DNA of 64,000 bases. Origin: the human T2T-CHM13v2.0 reference genome, Homo sapiens. This document shows positions 1 to 14,789 of the stretch, in pieces (position 1 is the first letter of the stretch; each line of letters starts with the position of its first letter). The stretch lies in NCBI RefSeq assembly GCF_009914755.1, contig NC_060925.1; one strand, given 5' to 3'. The position numbers and the translations under genes were made by a program. The notes under the pieces were generated by a model. The model ran no database searches. It was not told the DNA's origin and was given only the letters and a program-made list of their open reading frames with translations.

Positions 1-120
1 TACAAGTACTCAGAAATGTGGACTGACAAGCAACAGTATTTGAATTCGCAGAGCACACATACATTAAACTATCAATAGGAAAGAGGCTGACAAGTTTCTT
101 GGTTAAAATAAGAACAGTAT

Positions 121-1649
121 TTCTTTTAAACCACTTTATTGAGGTATTACTGACATACAAAAAGCTATACATATTTAATGTATACAACTCGATGAGTTGG
201 AGGTAAGAACACATTCATGAAACCATCATCAAATCTATGCCATAAACATATCCATCACCTCCAAAAGTTTCCTCCTGCCCTCTTTGTGTGTGTATATGTG
301 TGGTGTGTCTGTGTGAGTGTGTGTGTGTGTATGTGTATGATACAGGCATATTTCTAAGTATACAACACAGTATTATTAACTATAGACACCATGCTATACG
401 GTGTATCTCTAGGACTTATTCATCTGGCATAACTAAAACTTTTTACCCTTAACTAATACCTCCCCATTTCCCCCACCCCACATCCCCTGGTAACCACCAC
501 CTACTATCTACTTCTTCTATGGCTTCAACTACTTTACCTCATTTATGAAGTATGAGTTTTTCTGTGTTTGGCTTATTTTACTTAGCATAATGTCCTTCAT
601 TCAGGTTCATCTATGTTGTTGCAAATAGATTTCCTTCTCTTTTAAAAAGCTGAAAAATACACCATTGTATGAATATACTACATTTTCTTTATCTATTCAT
701 CCACTGATAGACTTTTAAGCTGCTCGCCTTGACTGTCATGAATAATGCTTCTTCAATGAACATGGGAGTGCAGATATCTCTTCAAGATTCTGATTTGAAG
801 CTGTCATAGTCAAAACAGTATGGTTACTGGCATAAAAACACAGACACATAGACCAATAGAACAGAACAGAGAACCCAGAAATAAACACACACATAAACGG
901 TAATTCATCTTTGACAAGCGTACCAAGAATACATGATGGGGAAAGAGTAGTCTCTTCAATAGATAGTGTTGAGAAAATTGGATATCCACATGCAAAAGAT
1001 TGAAATTGGACCCTTATCTTACACCATACACAAAAATTAACCCAAAAGTGGAGTAAAGACTTAAATGTAAGACCTGAAACCATAAATTACCAAGAAGAAA
1101 ACATAAGGGAAAAGCTTCTTGCCACTGGTCTTGACAATGATTTCTTGGATCTGACACCAAAAACATGAGCAACAAAAGGAAAAATAGACAAATAGGACTA
1201 TATAAAACCAAAAAGCTCCTGAACAGCAAAGGAAATATTCAACAGAATGAAAAGGCAACCTATGGCATAGGAAAAAATATTTGCAAACCAAATATCTGAC
1301 AAAGGATTAATATCAAAATATATAAATAATGGCTACAACTCAATAGCGAAAAAACAAATAATCCCATTTAAAAGTGAGCAAAGGAAATGAATAACCATTT
1401 TGCCAAAGAAGACATCCAAATAGGTAACAGGTATAAGAATCGGTGCCTGGCCAACATGGTGAAACCCCATCTCTACTAAAACTACAAAAATTAGCCAGGT
1501 GTGGTGGTGCACGCCTGTAATCCCAGCTACTCAGGAGGCTGAGGCAGGAGAATCACTTGAACCAAGGAGGTGGAGGTTGTAGTGAGTGGAGATCGCACCA
1601 TGGCACTCCAGCCTGGGTGACAGAGCAAGACTCCGACTCAAAAAAAAAC

Positions 1650-1702
<53 letters not shown>

Positions 1703-1787
1703 AAACAAAAAAAAAAAACAGAACGGTGCCCAACATCATAAATCATCAGGGAAATGCAAGTCAAAACGACAGTGAGATATTACCTCA
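121..1787 (-). mobile_element. Old L1 (L1MA/L1MB-type) 3' end with an inverted 5' segment
   Basis: 121-797 is L1 3'UTR on the minus strand. 800-1787 is distal ORF2 on the plus strand (caaaacagtatggttactggcataaaaac... to agatattacctca). Confidence 0.75.
1446..1720 (+). mobile_element. 5'-truncated AluS with a (CA)n-expanded tail
   Basis: Starts at cctggccaacatggtgaaa, right arm complete. Flanked by agaatcggtgcc / agaacggtgcc (TSD-like). Confidence 0.85.
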
Positions 1788-2657
1788 ACTCTCCAAATCA
1801 CTTCGTAAGTTATAATGTGACAGTAAGCTAATTTTCAAAGTTATATAACTCCTTGAAACTATTCATCTCTAATCAAGTGTAAGCCTCTTTAACGCAGGGA
1901 ATGAGTGTTATTTGCCTTTTATCTCCTTGTCCTGATACAAAGTAGGCAAAGTTGAATGAGTGTGAGGATGCTATAGAAATTTACTACATTAAAGTACTGG
2001 ATTATTTAAATATAATTGATAAAATTTTTGAACACATTACACTAGTTCCCCTTTATCTGTGGTTTTACTTTTTGGCGTTTCAGTTACCCTGTCAACCTTA
2101 GTCCAAAAATATTAAATGGAAAATTCCAGAAACAATTTATGAGTTTTAAATTACATGCTGTTCTGAGTAGCACAATGATATCTTGCGCAGTCCTGTGCTG
2201 TCCTACCTGGAACATGAATCATCCCTTTGTCCAGCATACCATACTATATATGCTACCTGCCCATTAGTCACTTAGTAGTTATCTCAGTTATCAGATCAAT
2301 TGTTGCAGTATCACAGTACTTGTGTTAAGTAATCTTTATTTTACTTAATAATGGTTCCAAAGCACAAGAATAGTGATGCTGGTAATTCAGATAAAAAGAA
2401 ATCATAAAATGCCAAAAAGAAGTCATAAAGAGCTTCCTTTAAATAAGAAGGTGAAAGTTCTCAGCTTAATAAGGAAAGAAAAAAGAAATCACATGGTGAG
2501 GTCACTAAGAATTGCGGGAAGAAGGAATCTTCTAGCTGAAACTATGAAGAGAAAAAGAAATTTGAGCTAATTTTGCTGTCATACCTTAAACTACAAAGGA
2601 TACAGCCACAATGTGTGATAAATGCTTCGTTAAATGGAAAAGGCATTAAATTTGTGA

Positions 2658-3492
<835 letters not shown>

Positions 3493-3869
3493 AAGCTCTT
3501 CAAGAAGCCAAGATGGGAGGATTGCTTAGGCCTAGGAGCTCGAGAGCACACAGACATTTTATCATCTCACACCATCACAAGAAGGGTGAGTATAGTACAA
3601 TTAGACATTTTGAGAAAGAGACAACACTCATATAACTTTTATTACAGTTTATTGTTATAAGTGTTCTATCATATTATTGTTGTTGTTAATCCCTTACTGT
3701 GCCTAATTTATAAACTATATTGTAGGTATGTACGTAGAAGAAAAAAACATAGTGTATATAGGGTTCAATACTATCCATGCTTCGGACATCCACTGGGGAT
3801 CTTAGAACATATCCCCCACAGATAAAGGGGGACTACTGTACATATGTTCTAAATACTTCACATATATTA

Positions 3870-4010
3870 TGTTGCTTAATCTTCACAATAACTCTATAAA
3901 GTAAGTAACATTATCTCCATTTTTTAGAGGAGGAAATCAGGCCCAGAGAGGTTACTAACCTGCCCAAGATCACATGGCCATTAAGTGGCAGAACCAAGAC
4001 CTGAAGTGAA
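3870..4010 (-). mobile_element. MIR
   Basis: MIR core: ctccatttttt..gaggaaatcaggcccagagaggtta..tgcccaagatcaca. Confidence 0.7.
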
Positions 4011-4265
4011 AACCACCACCTGATAGTGGTGCACAGGGCCACTGCCAGCCCATAAGGTGCCTTTGTATGAATTAGAGACAGGTGCCCTTTGAGTGGATAC
4101 AGCTCTTTGCCAGGGTTCACAGGTTGGCAAGCCAAACACAGGCTAGGTTTTGCCCTTACTCACCCCTTGCCTGCAACCCCTTGTAAAGTAAACCACCTGC
4201 ACAACCATAAACAGCAGCCCTAGTGTAACAGGTCAGCTAATAAACTGATCATAATTCCAATCATT

Positions 4266-4465
4266 TAGAGCTGTGCTGTTTAATATGGTAGCTACTACAT
4301 ACCTGTGACTATTTAAATTTAAAATGCAGTTTCTCAGTCACAATGGCCACCCTTCAAATGCTCAATAGCTACACATGGCTAGCAGCTACTATGTTAAATA
4401 GTTCAGATATAGTAGATCACTTCCATAATTGCAGAAAAATTCTTTGGGAAATACTGATTTAGAGT
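4266..4465 (+). mobile_element. MER3/MER33-like hAT-Charlie element
   Basis: ctgtgctgtttaatatggtagctact...caaatgctcaatagctacacatggctag. Confidence 0.65.
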
Positions 4466-4519
4466 ATACGTGTAAGAGTATTAGAATGTTTTAAAATATT
4501 ATACTTGATTTCTCTATTT

Positions 4520-4720
4520 TACATATATAATTATATATTGTTATATATTATCCTATATATTGTTATATATGGATTATCTATTATACATATATATTATATA
4601 TATCATAAATAATTATATGGTATATGAATGATATTGTATATTATATAGAAATGATATTGTTATATATCATATTATATATTGTATATCATTATATATATGA
4701 TCTATACAATCATTTACATT
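4520..4720. repeat. AT-rich, (TA)n-like low-complexity tract
   Basis: Degenerate tatatattg/tatatatcat units. Confidence 0.8.
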
Positions 4721-7700
4721 TATATCTTATATTCCTAAGAGCATTACAGAAAATGCCTGCATAGGACAAGGATTTTTTAGTGATACTTTAACATGATTTT
4801 ATTGAATTTTCTGTACTGAGGATTTTACCAGACTGGAGGAAGGGAATAAGAGATATCTAACAGTACTGCAGAGTGGAGAAATAATAATTATTTATTGGTA
4901 GGAACGCTAAAACAAATGAGTAGAACAAAATTATTCATGAAAGAAAGATAACTTTTTTATTACTATGGCAGCAAAATGTTTTAACTTCTGTATATTACTT
5001 GCAAGAATATGTCTTATGAAGCCATCTTAAGTGGACTCTTTAAAACACATTTTTGAGATTTGATTAGACTCTTAAAAAGAATATTAGATAGGAGAGCTAT
5101 GATACATAAGAAAGTTTCATTGCTTTCAACTTAGTGCCCCATAGTACCAGAAACATGTAGACAAGTTATAGGAAGCTCAATGAGGGGAAACAGAAGTGAT
5201 CGTGAGAAAAAATGAGAGTGATTTATGAGAAAATATTAATAAATAAAATATGTATGGTGAAACCAGGTGATTTATAAAAGATCATAATAACTAAATACAA
5301 ATAAATGGAGGACATAAACTTTAAGGAAATGTTTAGCAGCAATGAGAGGTTATAACTTAGACAAAGCCATTGAAATAAATGAGGCCAAATATAAAGAGAA
5401 CTTAAAGGAATAGATTTCAGAAAGCAATATTTATTCTCAGGTGTGGAAATAGTCTTTCTTCAGCTGGTAAGTGACAAGAGCAGTGTGTATTTCTTAGCAC
5501 TGCATTTTTAAAAATCAAAGTATTAATAAAGCCTAGGAACAGAAATCTGGTACTGATGATCTAGCATTCTATTTTCTTTTAACTGCAGTTCTCAGGATGC
5601 TATAGCATGTCATCATCTTTTTCTAGAAATGATTTTCATGACCCTAATAGGATATCTCCAAAGAGATAAACTAACAGGTTTTCTCCTAGAAGGAAGTAAC
5701 ATGTGTGCTGATGGAGTTCATTCAGAAAGAAGTTCACACTTAACTCCTACCATCCTCTCCAATATCCACCTCCTCATTGAATTCTTTTGACATTTTATTT
5801 TTAAATACATATGCTTTAAATTTTTAAGGGAAAAAACACTGGAATAGAAAGAATGAAATTCACAAAACCTGGAAAAAATAAATATGCAGGAAATATTTTT
5901 GTAAATATCTAAACCTGTATAGAAGTCTACATCATACATTATATACATTTTTAACAAAAGTATTCCATATTTCAGAGATTCCAAAGATATCAAATGATGT
6001 GGTAGTTGCTATAGAAACTATTCTCTTTTAATGAAACTCAGATTAAATAACTGCATAAAACAAATTCAAATTTGAAATGCAATTACTATTCTAAAGCATA
6101 TTTACATATTTGATTTTATAATGGTTACAGAAAACAAGATAAAATATTAAGAACACCTTTTACATTGCAAAATCAGTGGCAGTTATAAACTTAATTGCAA
6201 CTCTGCCCTTAAATACAGTACTGTTGGGTATAATGAAATTCTATTTCATAATAAAATCTCATACAAACTCTGTACCATTCGACTGCTTGGAAAAGCACTA
6301 ATTTGCATGCAGTGAAAACAGTTCTGCAAGTTTACCACTTTGCATAAATGGTGTAAATTCAAGGCAAGTATAAAAAATTCCCCAAAGGCTTGAGTACATC
6401 AGATCAATGCTCAGAAAATGGCCAGCAAGTAACCAATGAAATTCCACAGCAAGTGACTTGACATAATAGTCAGGAAAGGTTCTACCTATCTAAAATTTTA
6501 ACACTTTCTCCCAGCCTACAGAGCTAAGATCCAGACTCTTGAGGTTTGCACGCTCCTGTCTTACCACTTCCCATATTGGAAATATCACAGAATTTGTAAT
6601 CAAAGAGACCACATTTGAAATCGTAGCTCTAATATTTACACTCTATAATATTTTAAGCAAGATACTTAACCCCTCTAAACCTGTAAAACAAAGATAACAC
6701 CTACCTCATAGGATCAATGAAAGATTAACAATATTTTGTCTATAATGCCTAGCACGGTTTCTGCACATTTGGTGCTCACTGCCTGATAGCTTCTGTTATT
6801 ATTATTACTACTACTAAGACCATTATTGTTCCTACTACTGCTGCTGCAAGTACTAAAGCAAAAAGCAAAGCCATGGTAACTTTTTTGACTTTTGTTTCTT
6901 ATATTTAACATGTCTTCACAGTCTTCCTAATGCGCGCATTGAAAGGCAGGGTAAGGGGTGTCAGTTATGTCTGTTTAAGAGAACTGGCTTGAATCTGGCT
7001 GTGAAGATGACCTGCCTGGGCTCATCCCAGCCACCTGCTAATTTCACCAGTTCCTTCTATGTGACACATTAGAGGAGACAAACAGGCTTCACTTTGGAAG
7101 GGCTTCTGAAAATTGAGCCAACTAACAACTAGAATTTCTCATTATTTGTCTTTTTAATTTTAATTGTAGAATTTTTGTTCATTCATTCTTTCCTCAGACA
7201 AGTCTTCCCAGGTCATCTTTTCTATGTTGAAGCATATGCATAGCACTTTTTTCAATGTATTTGGTATTCTAGCAGATTGGTTACATTATTGGACCATATT
7301 AATGGCTTCCCTGTACCCATGCATTTTGGGGGTTAAAATGTATATTGATATAAATAACTGCACTAGATAGATATTGATAAATATCCTAGTAGAGATTATA
7401 AATAAAATGCCATGATAGTTCGAAAAAGGGAAACTAACTCTAACAAGGAAAATCACTGGGTAGCCCATTTTTTTCATCTTTGTAATTCAGGTAAAACTGT
7501 CCTCAGTTTTGGAAACCCTGAGCCATTTTCTGATTAAGTATAGAGAACACTTTCTCATGTAATATCACAGCTTGAAAAGCTCAAAATAAAGCACCTCCAG
7601 ATTTACTTAAACTTGTGCTACAAAATGGCATCAGCATCACAGAGCTTTATAATGATGTCAAACAATCCTTTAAGGAATATAAAATTCCTATGCTACTTTG

Positions 7701-8107
7701 TAATTTTAACAAGCAAAACATATATACATAGTTTTAAAATACTGACAGGCAGGTCCACTATTCTCCATCCCTGACGCAGTCCTCTTTCAACCATTTCTGA
7801 CTTTAGTTCTTCTAAAACCATCTCCTCCATCCCTCTAAATAGTATGTATCCATCTCAATTTCTTAACTTAATCAATTTAGAAGATACATTGTGATGATAT
7901 CCTTCTGTAAAAGATTAGTCTTTAGCCAATTTACTCAATATACACACATACTTCCCTTTGCCAATATTTTTATAATTATAAGTTACCTTTATAATCTTAA
8001 ATATTAACTCATATTTCTAATTCTTGTCTCTTTAATAGTTTTTTCAACTCTCTTCACTGTCAGATGAAGATATTATTTTCCTTATTCTTCCCTCTATCTT
8101 TCATTCA

Positions 8108-8342
8108 CTTCACCTCCCATCTTCCATGAGCTTCACCTCCCTTCTTCCATGGGCTTCACCTCCCAAATTCCATGAGCTTCACCTCCCATCTTGCATGGGC
8201 TTCACCTCCCTTCTTCCAGAGGCTTCACCTCCCATCTTCCATGAGCTTCACCTCCCATCTTCTATGGGCTTCACCTCTCGTCTTCCATGGACTTCACCTC
8301 CCATCTTCCATGAGCTTCACCTCCCATCTTCCATGAGCTTCA
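8108..8342 (+). repeat. Minisatellite, 23-bp unit CTTCACCTCCCATCTTCCATGAG x about 10.2
   Basis: Units start at 8108, 8131, 8154, 8177, 8200, 8223, 8246, 8269, 8292 and 8315, with a partial unit at 8338. No spacers. Confidence 0.95.
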
Positions 8343-9129
8343 ACTCTCATTTTACACTATTCTACTTTTATATTATCTTCTGTAGACATAATAAACTTTC
8401 ATGCTATGTCTAAAAGTTGGTTATCAATCAATCAACACCATTCAAAACAGAAAAACAGTTCACTGAAGGACCAGACGGTATGTGAGGACAGCATTTCCTT
8501 TTTTATGGCTCCAATGCCACAGCCCATAGACCATCTGAAGGAGAATATTTTCTGTACAATAGTAAAATGTGTTCTCTTCTCTCACCTTCCATCAATTGCT
8601 TTAAATAATACCACGTTTTATTTCACTTCATTTTAAAATATTATTTGTGCTACATTTATTTTATTTCTATTGTTTTCAATTGGCTAATTTTTGTCACACA
8701 CACACACAAAAAACTTCAGCCTGTCTATCCATCCACTGCATAGATGGTTAGGGATATTCCTTTTTTCTTCAAAGGTATTCTTCCAATAACCTTCTATCTT
8801 TCTGCTCTAATCAGGACTGATCATTCTCTAGGCCTGCTGCCTAGCCATTATCTTCCAATTCTCTTTCACTATCATCTAAGAGTAAATCTACTTTTCTCTT
8901 TCTGCATATTCTCTTTAATTCTGCTGGTACATATCCTTAAGCAACTTTTGAGATAGGAAGCCTCAAAGATACACATTCTGATTTTCAACGTGCCTGAAAA
9001 TGACTTTATCTTCAAATTTGACTGAAAATTTGGCTTGACATAGAATTTTAGGTTGAAAATAATTTCTTTTGGAACTTTGATGGCCACTACTTTTTGTTTA
9101 TACAAACACAAACATACATACAAATAATT

Positions 9130-9425
9130 GGTCAGATGCAGTGGCTCATACCTGTAATGCTAGAACTTTGGAGGCCAAGGCAGGAGGATTGCTTGAGGCC
9201 AGGAATTTGAGACCACCCTGGGCAACATAGCAAGATCCTGTCTTTACAAAAAAAAATTAGCCAGGTATAGTGGTATGCACTTGTAGTCCCAGCTACTTAG
9301 GAGACTGAGGCCAGAGAATCACTTGGGCCCAGAAGTTGAAGACTGCAGTGAGCTCTGACTGTGCCACTGCCCTCTAGCCTAGGCAACAGAGAGAGACCCT
9401 ATCACTAAAATAAACAACAAAAAAA
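9130..9425 (+). mobile_element. AluJ
   Basis: AluJ diagnostics (ggaggattgcttgaggccagga, ctgggcaacatagcaaga). Confidence 0.85.
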
Positions 9426-9864
9426 ATTATTTCAGGGTTGTTTATAAAAAGTAAAACTGTGAAACCCTAAATGCCCAACAATAGGGACAATTTAAAATAG
9501 TAGTTACAGTAGTTATAGTATATCCAAACTGTAGAGAACATTCAGTCATAAACATGATGACAATGTGAAAATATGGAAAGATATTCAGAATAAACAGGTA
9601 AATATTTTCCAGAAACTAGTTACAAATGAACACACATATACCATTTTAGTTAAAATATACATTTTAAGATATACTGTGTATACACATACACACAGACACC
9701 TATATGCATGGGTAAAGGAATAGAAGAATATATACCAAAATATTAACAGTGGTTATACTAAAGAAAATGTATTTTGGGTGATTTTATTTTATTCATATTT
9801 TCTGTATTATCTGAATTTTTAATAAAACACATGTGAGCCATTAGAAAGCTCAAAAAATAACATA

Positions 9865-11183
<1,319 letters not shown>

Positions 11184-11194
11184 CATAGCAGAAA

Positions 11195-11745
11195 TTTTTT
11201 ATCTTTAATTTTAGTAAAAACACATAGCATAAAATTTCACATCTTAATGATTTTTAAGTCTATGTACAGTTCACTAGTGATAGATATATTCATATTATCA
11301 TGCAACAGATCTCCGGAACTTTTTCATTTTGCAAAACTGAAACTAAATTTTGTAAAACTGAAACTCTCTACCCATCAAACAACTTCCCATTTCCACCTTC
11401 CCTCGGCCCCTGGTTACCACCATTTTACTTTAATAATAAATTTGACTACTTTAAATACCACATATAAGTGGAATCATACAGTATTGTCTTTTTGTGACTG
11501 GCTTATTTCACTTATCATAATGTCCTCCAGGTTCACCATGTTGTACCATGTGACAGGATTTCCTTCCTTTCTAAGACTGAGTAATATTCTATTGTATGTA
11601 TATACCACATTTTGTGTATCCATTCATCTCCCAATGAACATTTGGATAGCTTCCACCTCTTGGCTATTGTGAATACTGCTACTGTGAACATGAGTGTGCA
11701 AATATCTCTTCAAGATCCCGCTTTCAATTGATTTGGATATATAAA
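11195..11745 (-). mobile_element. L1MB-type 3' end
   Basis: gcaacagatctccggaactttttcattttgcaaaactgaaac; ggcttatttcacttatcataatgtcctccaggttcacc. Confidence 0.8.
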
Positions 11746-11899
11746 TAGACACTTTTAAAGCTAATCAACTCTTAACTTCAAGATAAACTGGTATTCTCCA
11801 TATCCTCTGTAAAACACTCTGGCTAATTGTATGGCATATTAACTGCTCAAAGATAAAAGCTGTTCTCAAGTATGCCCTGTACTTCTGCTAGTACCAATT

Positions 11900-12465
11900 T
11901 ATATTGTTTTCTAAGAGTTCACTTTTATCTGATACCAGGTTTATTTATGTCATTTGCACTTGGTATTGTAATTACTTTAATTGAGTATTACATAAACTAT
12001 TTAATTACTAATATGAAAGAAGGCCACTTATGAAGAAACAAAGTTGAATGCTTCTGGAAATTTTAAGAAGGTGAAGGCAAGTAGCTTAAAAATTGTTAGG
12101 TTAAAGGCAGAACAGGGAACTGCAAAACACTTATAAAATTATAACAATCTCAAAGGATTCTGTACACGCTTGCTTTATAAGTGTCTTCATATTCTAGCTC
12201 AACTTTGAAGAAAGCAAACCTGGAAAATGTAGACAATGCATTATTTTTGTAGTTTATGCAAAAAAGACAATATGGAATTCCAATCGTCAGAATAATACCA
12301 AAAGGAATGCCTTAGTCCTACATCCAAAGATTAGAGAATGAGTATATATTTATATGTCTTAAAGTGTGTATGTACCATTTTTATGATTCATTGCTTTAAC
12401 TGACCTTTCCAATTAACTAAACAACTATGGATTCAGACTGCTCCAGATAAGAGGCATTTTACTAT
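11900..12465 (+). mobile_element. Ancient Tigger-like (Tigger13a-like) fragment
   Basis: Degenerate transposase-like segment ending in gataagaggcattttacta. Confidence 0.45.
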
Positions 12466-13148
12466 TTCCATTTTAAACTAAAAATATTTAATATATACAC
12501 ACTATATATGTATATAAATATATATATACACACACATCTATATATAAATATGAAAGCAATGGATACAGGCTGTCTGCATTCAAATCATAGCTCCACCAAT
12601 GACTAGCTAGATGGTAATGTATTTAACATCTCTGCGCCTTCCTTTCCTGATCAAGATAATAATCGCATTAACTTTACAGAGTTGTGCTGGGCAGATAATA
12701 AATGTGTGCTATTATAATTAAGTAAACCACTAAACCAATTTCCTAATCTAGCCTGGGGACAATCTGGTAAATAAATCTGATAAATGGATTATATCCTTTG
12801 GCTCTTTTATCTATTTTGTAATCTTTACCAGAAGGATTTTCTTCCTCTATGTGTTCCTTAAATTTCCCCTTTTATAATTCAAAATCATTTGTTCAATTGT
12901 TTCAAACATGAAACTCATTGGATTTCACCAGGGATCCAGAGCGTAACTCTTGATGTCAAAGATACTAATTAAATGTTTAGTGAATATCACTGTTGCAGCT
13001 AAAGTACTGTTTTGTGTCCACTACGGGTATTTCTTAATGTGAGAATTTTTTGAAGAGAAAGGTCACTAAAAATAGTGAATACAGTTGAATGGTGATCATT
13101 AAGATGTGTTCAAAATTAAGTAGTATCCCAACACTACGTGAAACTTAG

Positions 13149-14614
13149 TGATGGCAACAGTGGCCCATCTAGAGCCCCTGCTGCCATGGTGCCAGGTGCA
13201 GTGGGGGAGATGTGCCCAGGGCTGCGCTCCACAGAGCTGGCAGGAGCCAAGGACAGGTAGAAGCCCTCTGCCCTTCTGAGTTGACAGAGTGGGAGCTTTG
13301 TGCTCCCTGTGCACAGCTGGGTATGTGCATGCTCAGGGCAGTGCTGACACACCAGCCCCCTGCCACCTTGGCCCCCTGCAGACTTTGGGTGCCAACAAAC
13401 ACAGAAGAGAGGCCAAGGGGGTGCTGAGGGCAGCTCAGCACTGGCCTACAGGCGCCCCCTCAGCATGAAGAGCCTGGGCACCATGAACAGCAGCAGGAAG
13501 CAGAAAGGCTTGGGGCAGAAAGGGGTGGGTCCCCAATGAAGCCCCACCTTCAAGCTGGGGAGGGCCTGAAGCCTGGGAGCCAGGCTGCCAGTCCCGTGGA
13601 CCAGAGTGGGGACTTACGGTGCTTTTTCTGGGGCTACCTGGTGGCCGCCCATGAACCAATCAACATGCACTTCATCCCCTCTGAACCCCATAAAAACCCC
13701 AGACTCAGACGTCAGGACAATCAGCTGTGGAGAGGGGCTACCCACTCCAGGGTCTCCTCTCTGCTGAGAGCTAAGAGGTATCCAGACGACCAGCTATGGA
13801 GAGGAGCTACCCACTCCAGGGTCTCCTCTCTTCTGAGAGTTGAGAGACATTGGGGCAAACAGCTGCAGAGAAGAGTTACCCACTCCTGGATCTCCTCTCT
13901 CATGAGAGCTGAGCACTCAGCAGAACAGCCTGGCTATGAATAAGAGCTATCCACTGCAAGTCTCCTCTGAGCTGTTCTATCTATCAATAAAGCTCCTCTT
14001 TGCCTTGTTTACCCTCCACTTGTCTGCATACCTCATTCTTCCTGGACATGGGACAAGAACTTGGGACCTGCCAAATGGCAGGGCTGAAAGAGCTTAATAC
14101 AAACAGGGCTGAAAAACGCCCCTTACTCGCCATGTTGCAGGCAACAAGAAGGAGAGAAGAGCTGCAGCACTTTGAGGAGCCCAGACTTAGGAGCTCTCCA
14201 AACCAGAACTGTGACACCCTCTTTGGGGCTCTGCAGTTCCTGACGTCTCCAAGCTTCTGGGCACCAATGCATTCTCCAGTGCCAGACAAGGAAGCTGCTT
14301 GTGGTACACCTAATCCAGCTACAGCCTCACAGAGAGCCAGCACCTTGTGCTGCCTGCCCCACTGCAGCCAGCATGCCTGGCTGTGCACAGTGGTGGGACC
14401 CCATGCTCACTTGCTCACACACCGCTCGCTGCTCTACTCACCTTTGGCAGGCATGGGATCCAGGCCAGTAGCACAAGTCACAGGCAGCCTGCCAGGTGAA
14501 GTGGCCAGTGGCATCTTTGCCCTAGTTTTGCTTGGCCAAAAAAACTCAGGCAAAGGTGCCATTGGCTACAGAGGTTTCCAGCTGGCAAAGCAACACCCCA
14601 AGCATCCCGTAACA
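13149..14614 (+). mobile_element. MER52-family (ERV1) solo LTR
   Basis: TG...CA ends (TGATGGCAACAG...CCCGTAACA), 4-bp TSD TTAG (13145-13148 / 14615-14618), internal gagctacccactccagggtctcctctc repeats, AATAAA near 13986. Confidence 0.88.
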
Positions 14615-14789
14615 TTAGTAAGATTAGAATTTAGGTTAATCAGTACTTTGAATACATCTACTTTGATCATGAACATTTTTTTGATTTTTTTCATACTTGC
14701 AGAAGTTCATAAAGAAAAGATTTTAAAATATTGTGCTATAACCATAGATCAGTTATGCATACCTGGCTTTGCAGTATGCATTTCACTGT

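Noticed and set aside
5050-5500. Possible CR1/L3 fragment
   Set aside because: The resemblance is too degenerate to call without an HMM search.
8108-8342. CRISPR-like array, or the repetitive 95-aa ORF (8126-8413)
   Set aside because: Units are head-to-tail with no unique spacers, there are no cas genes, and the DNA is human. The peptide periodicity is just 3 x 23 bp.
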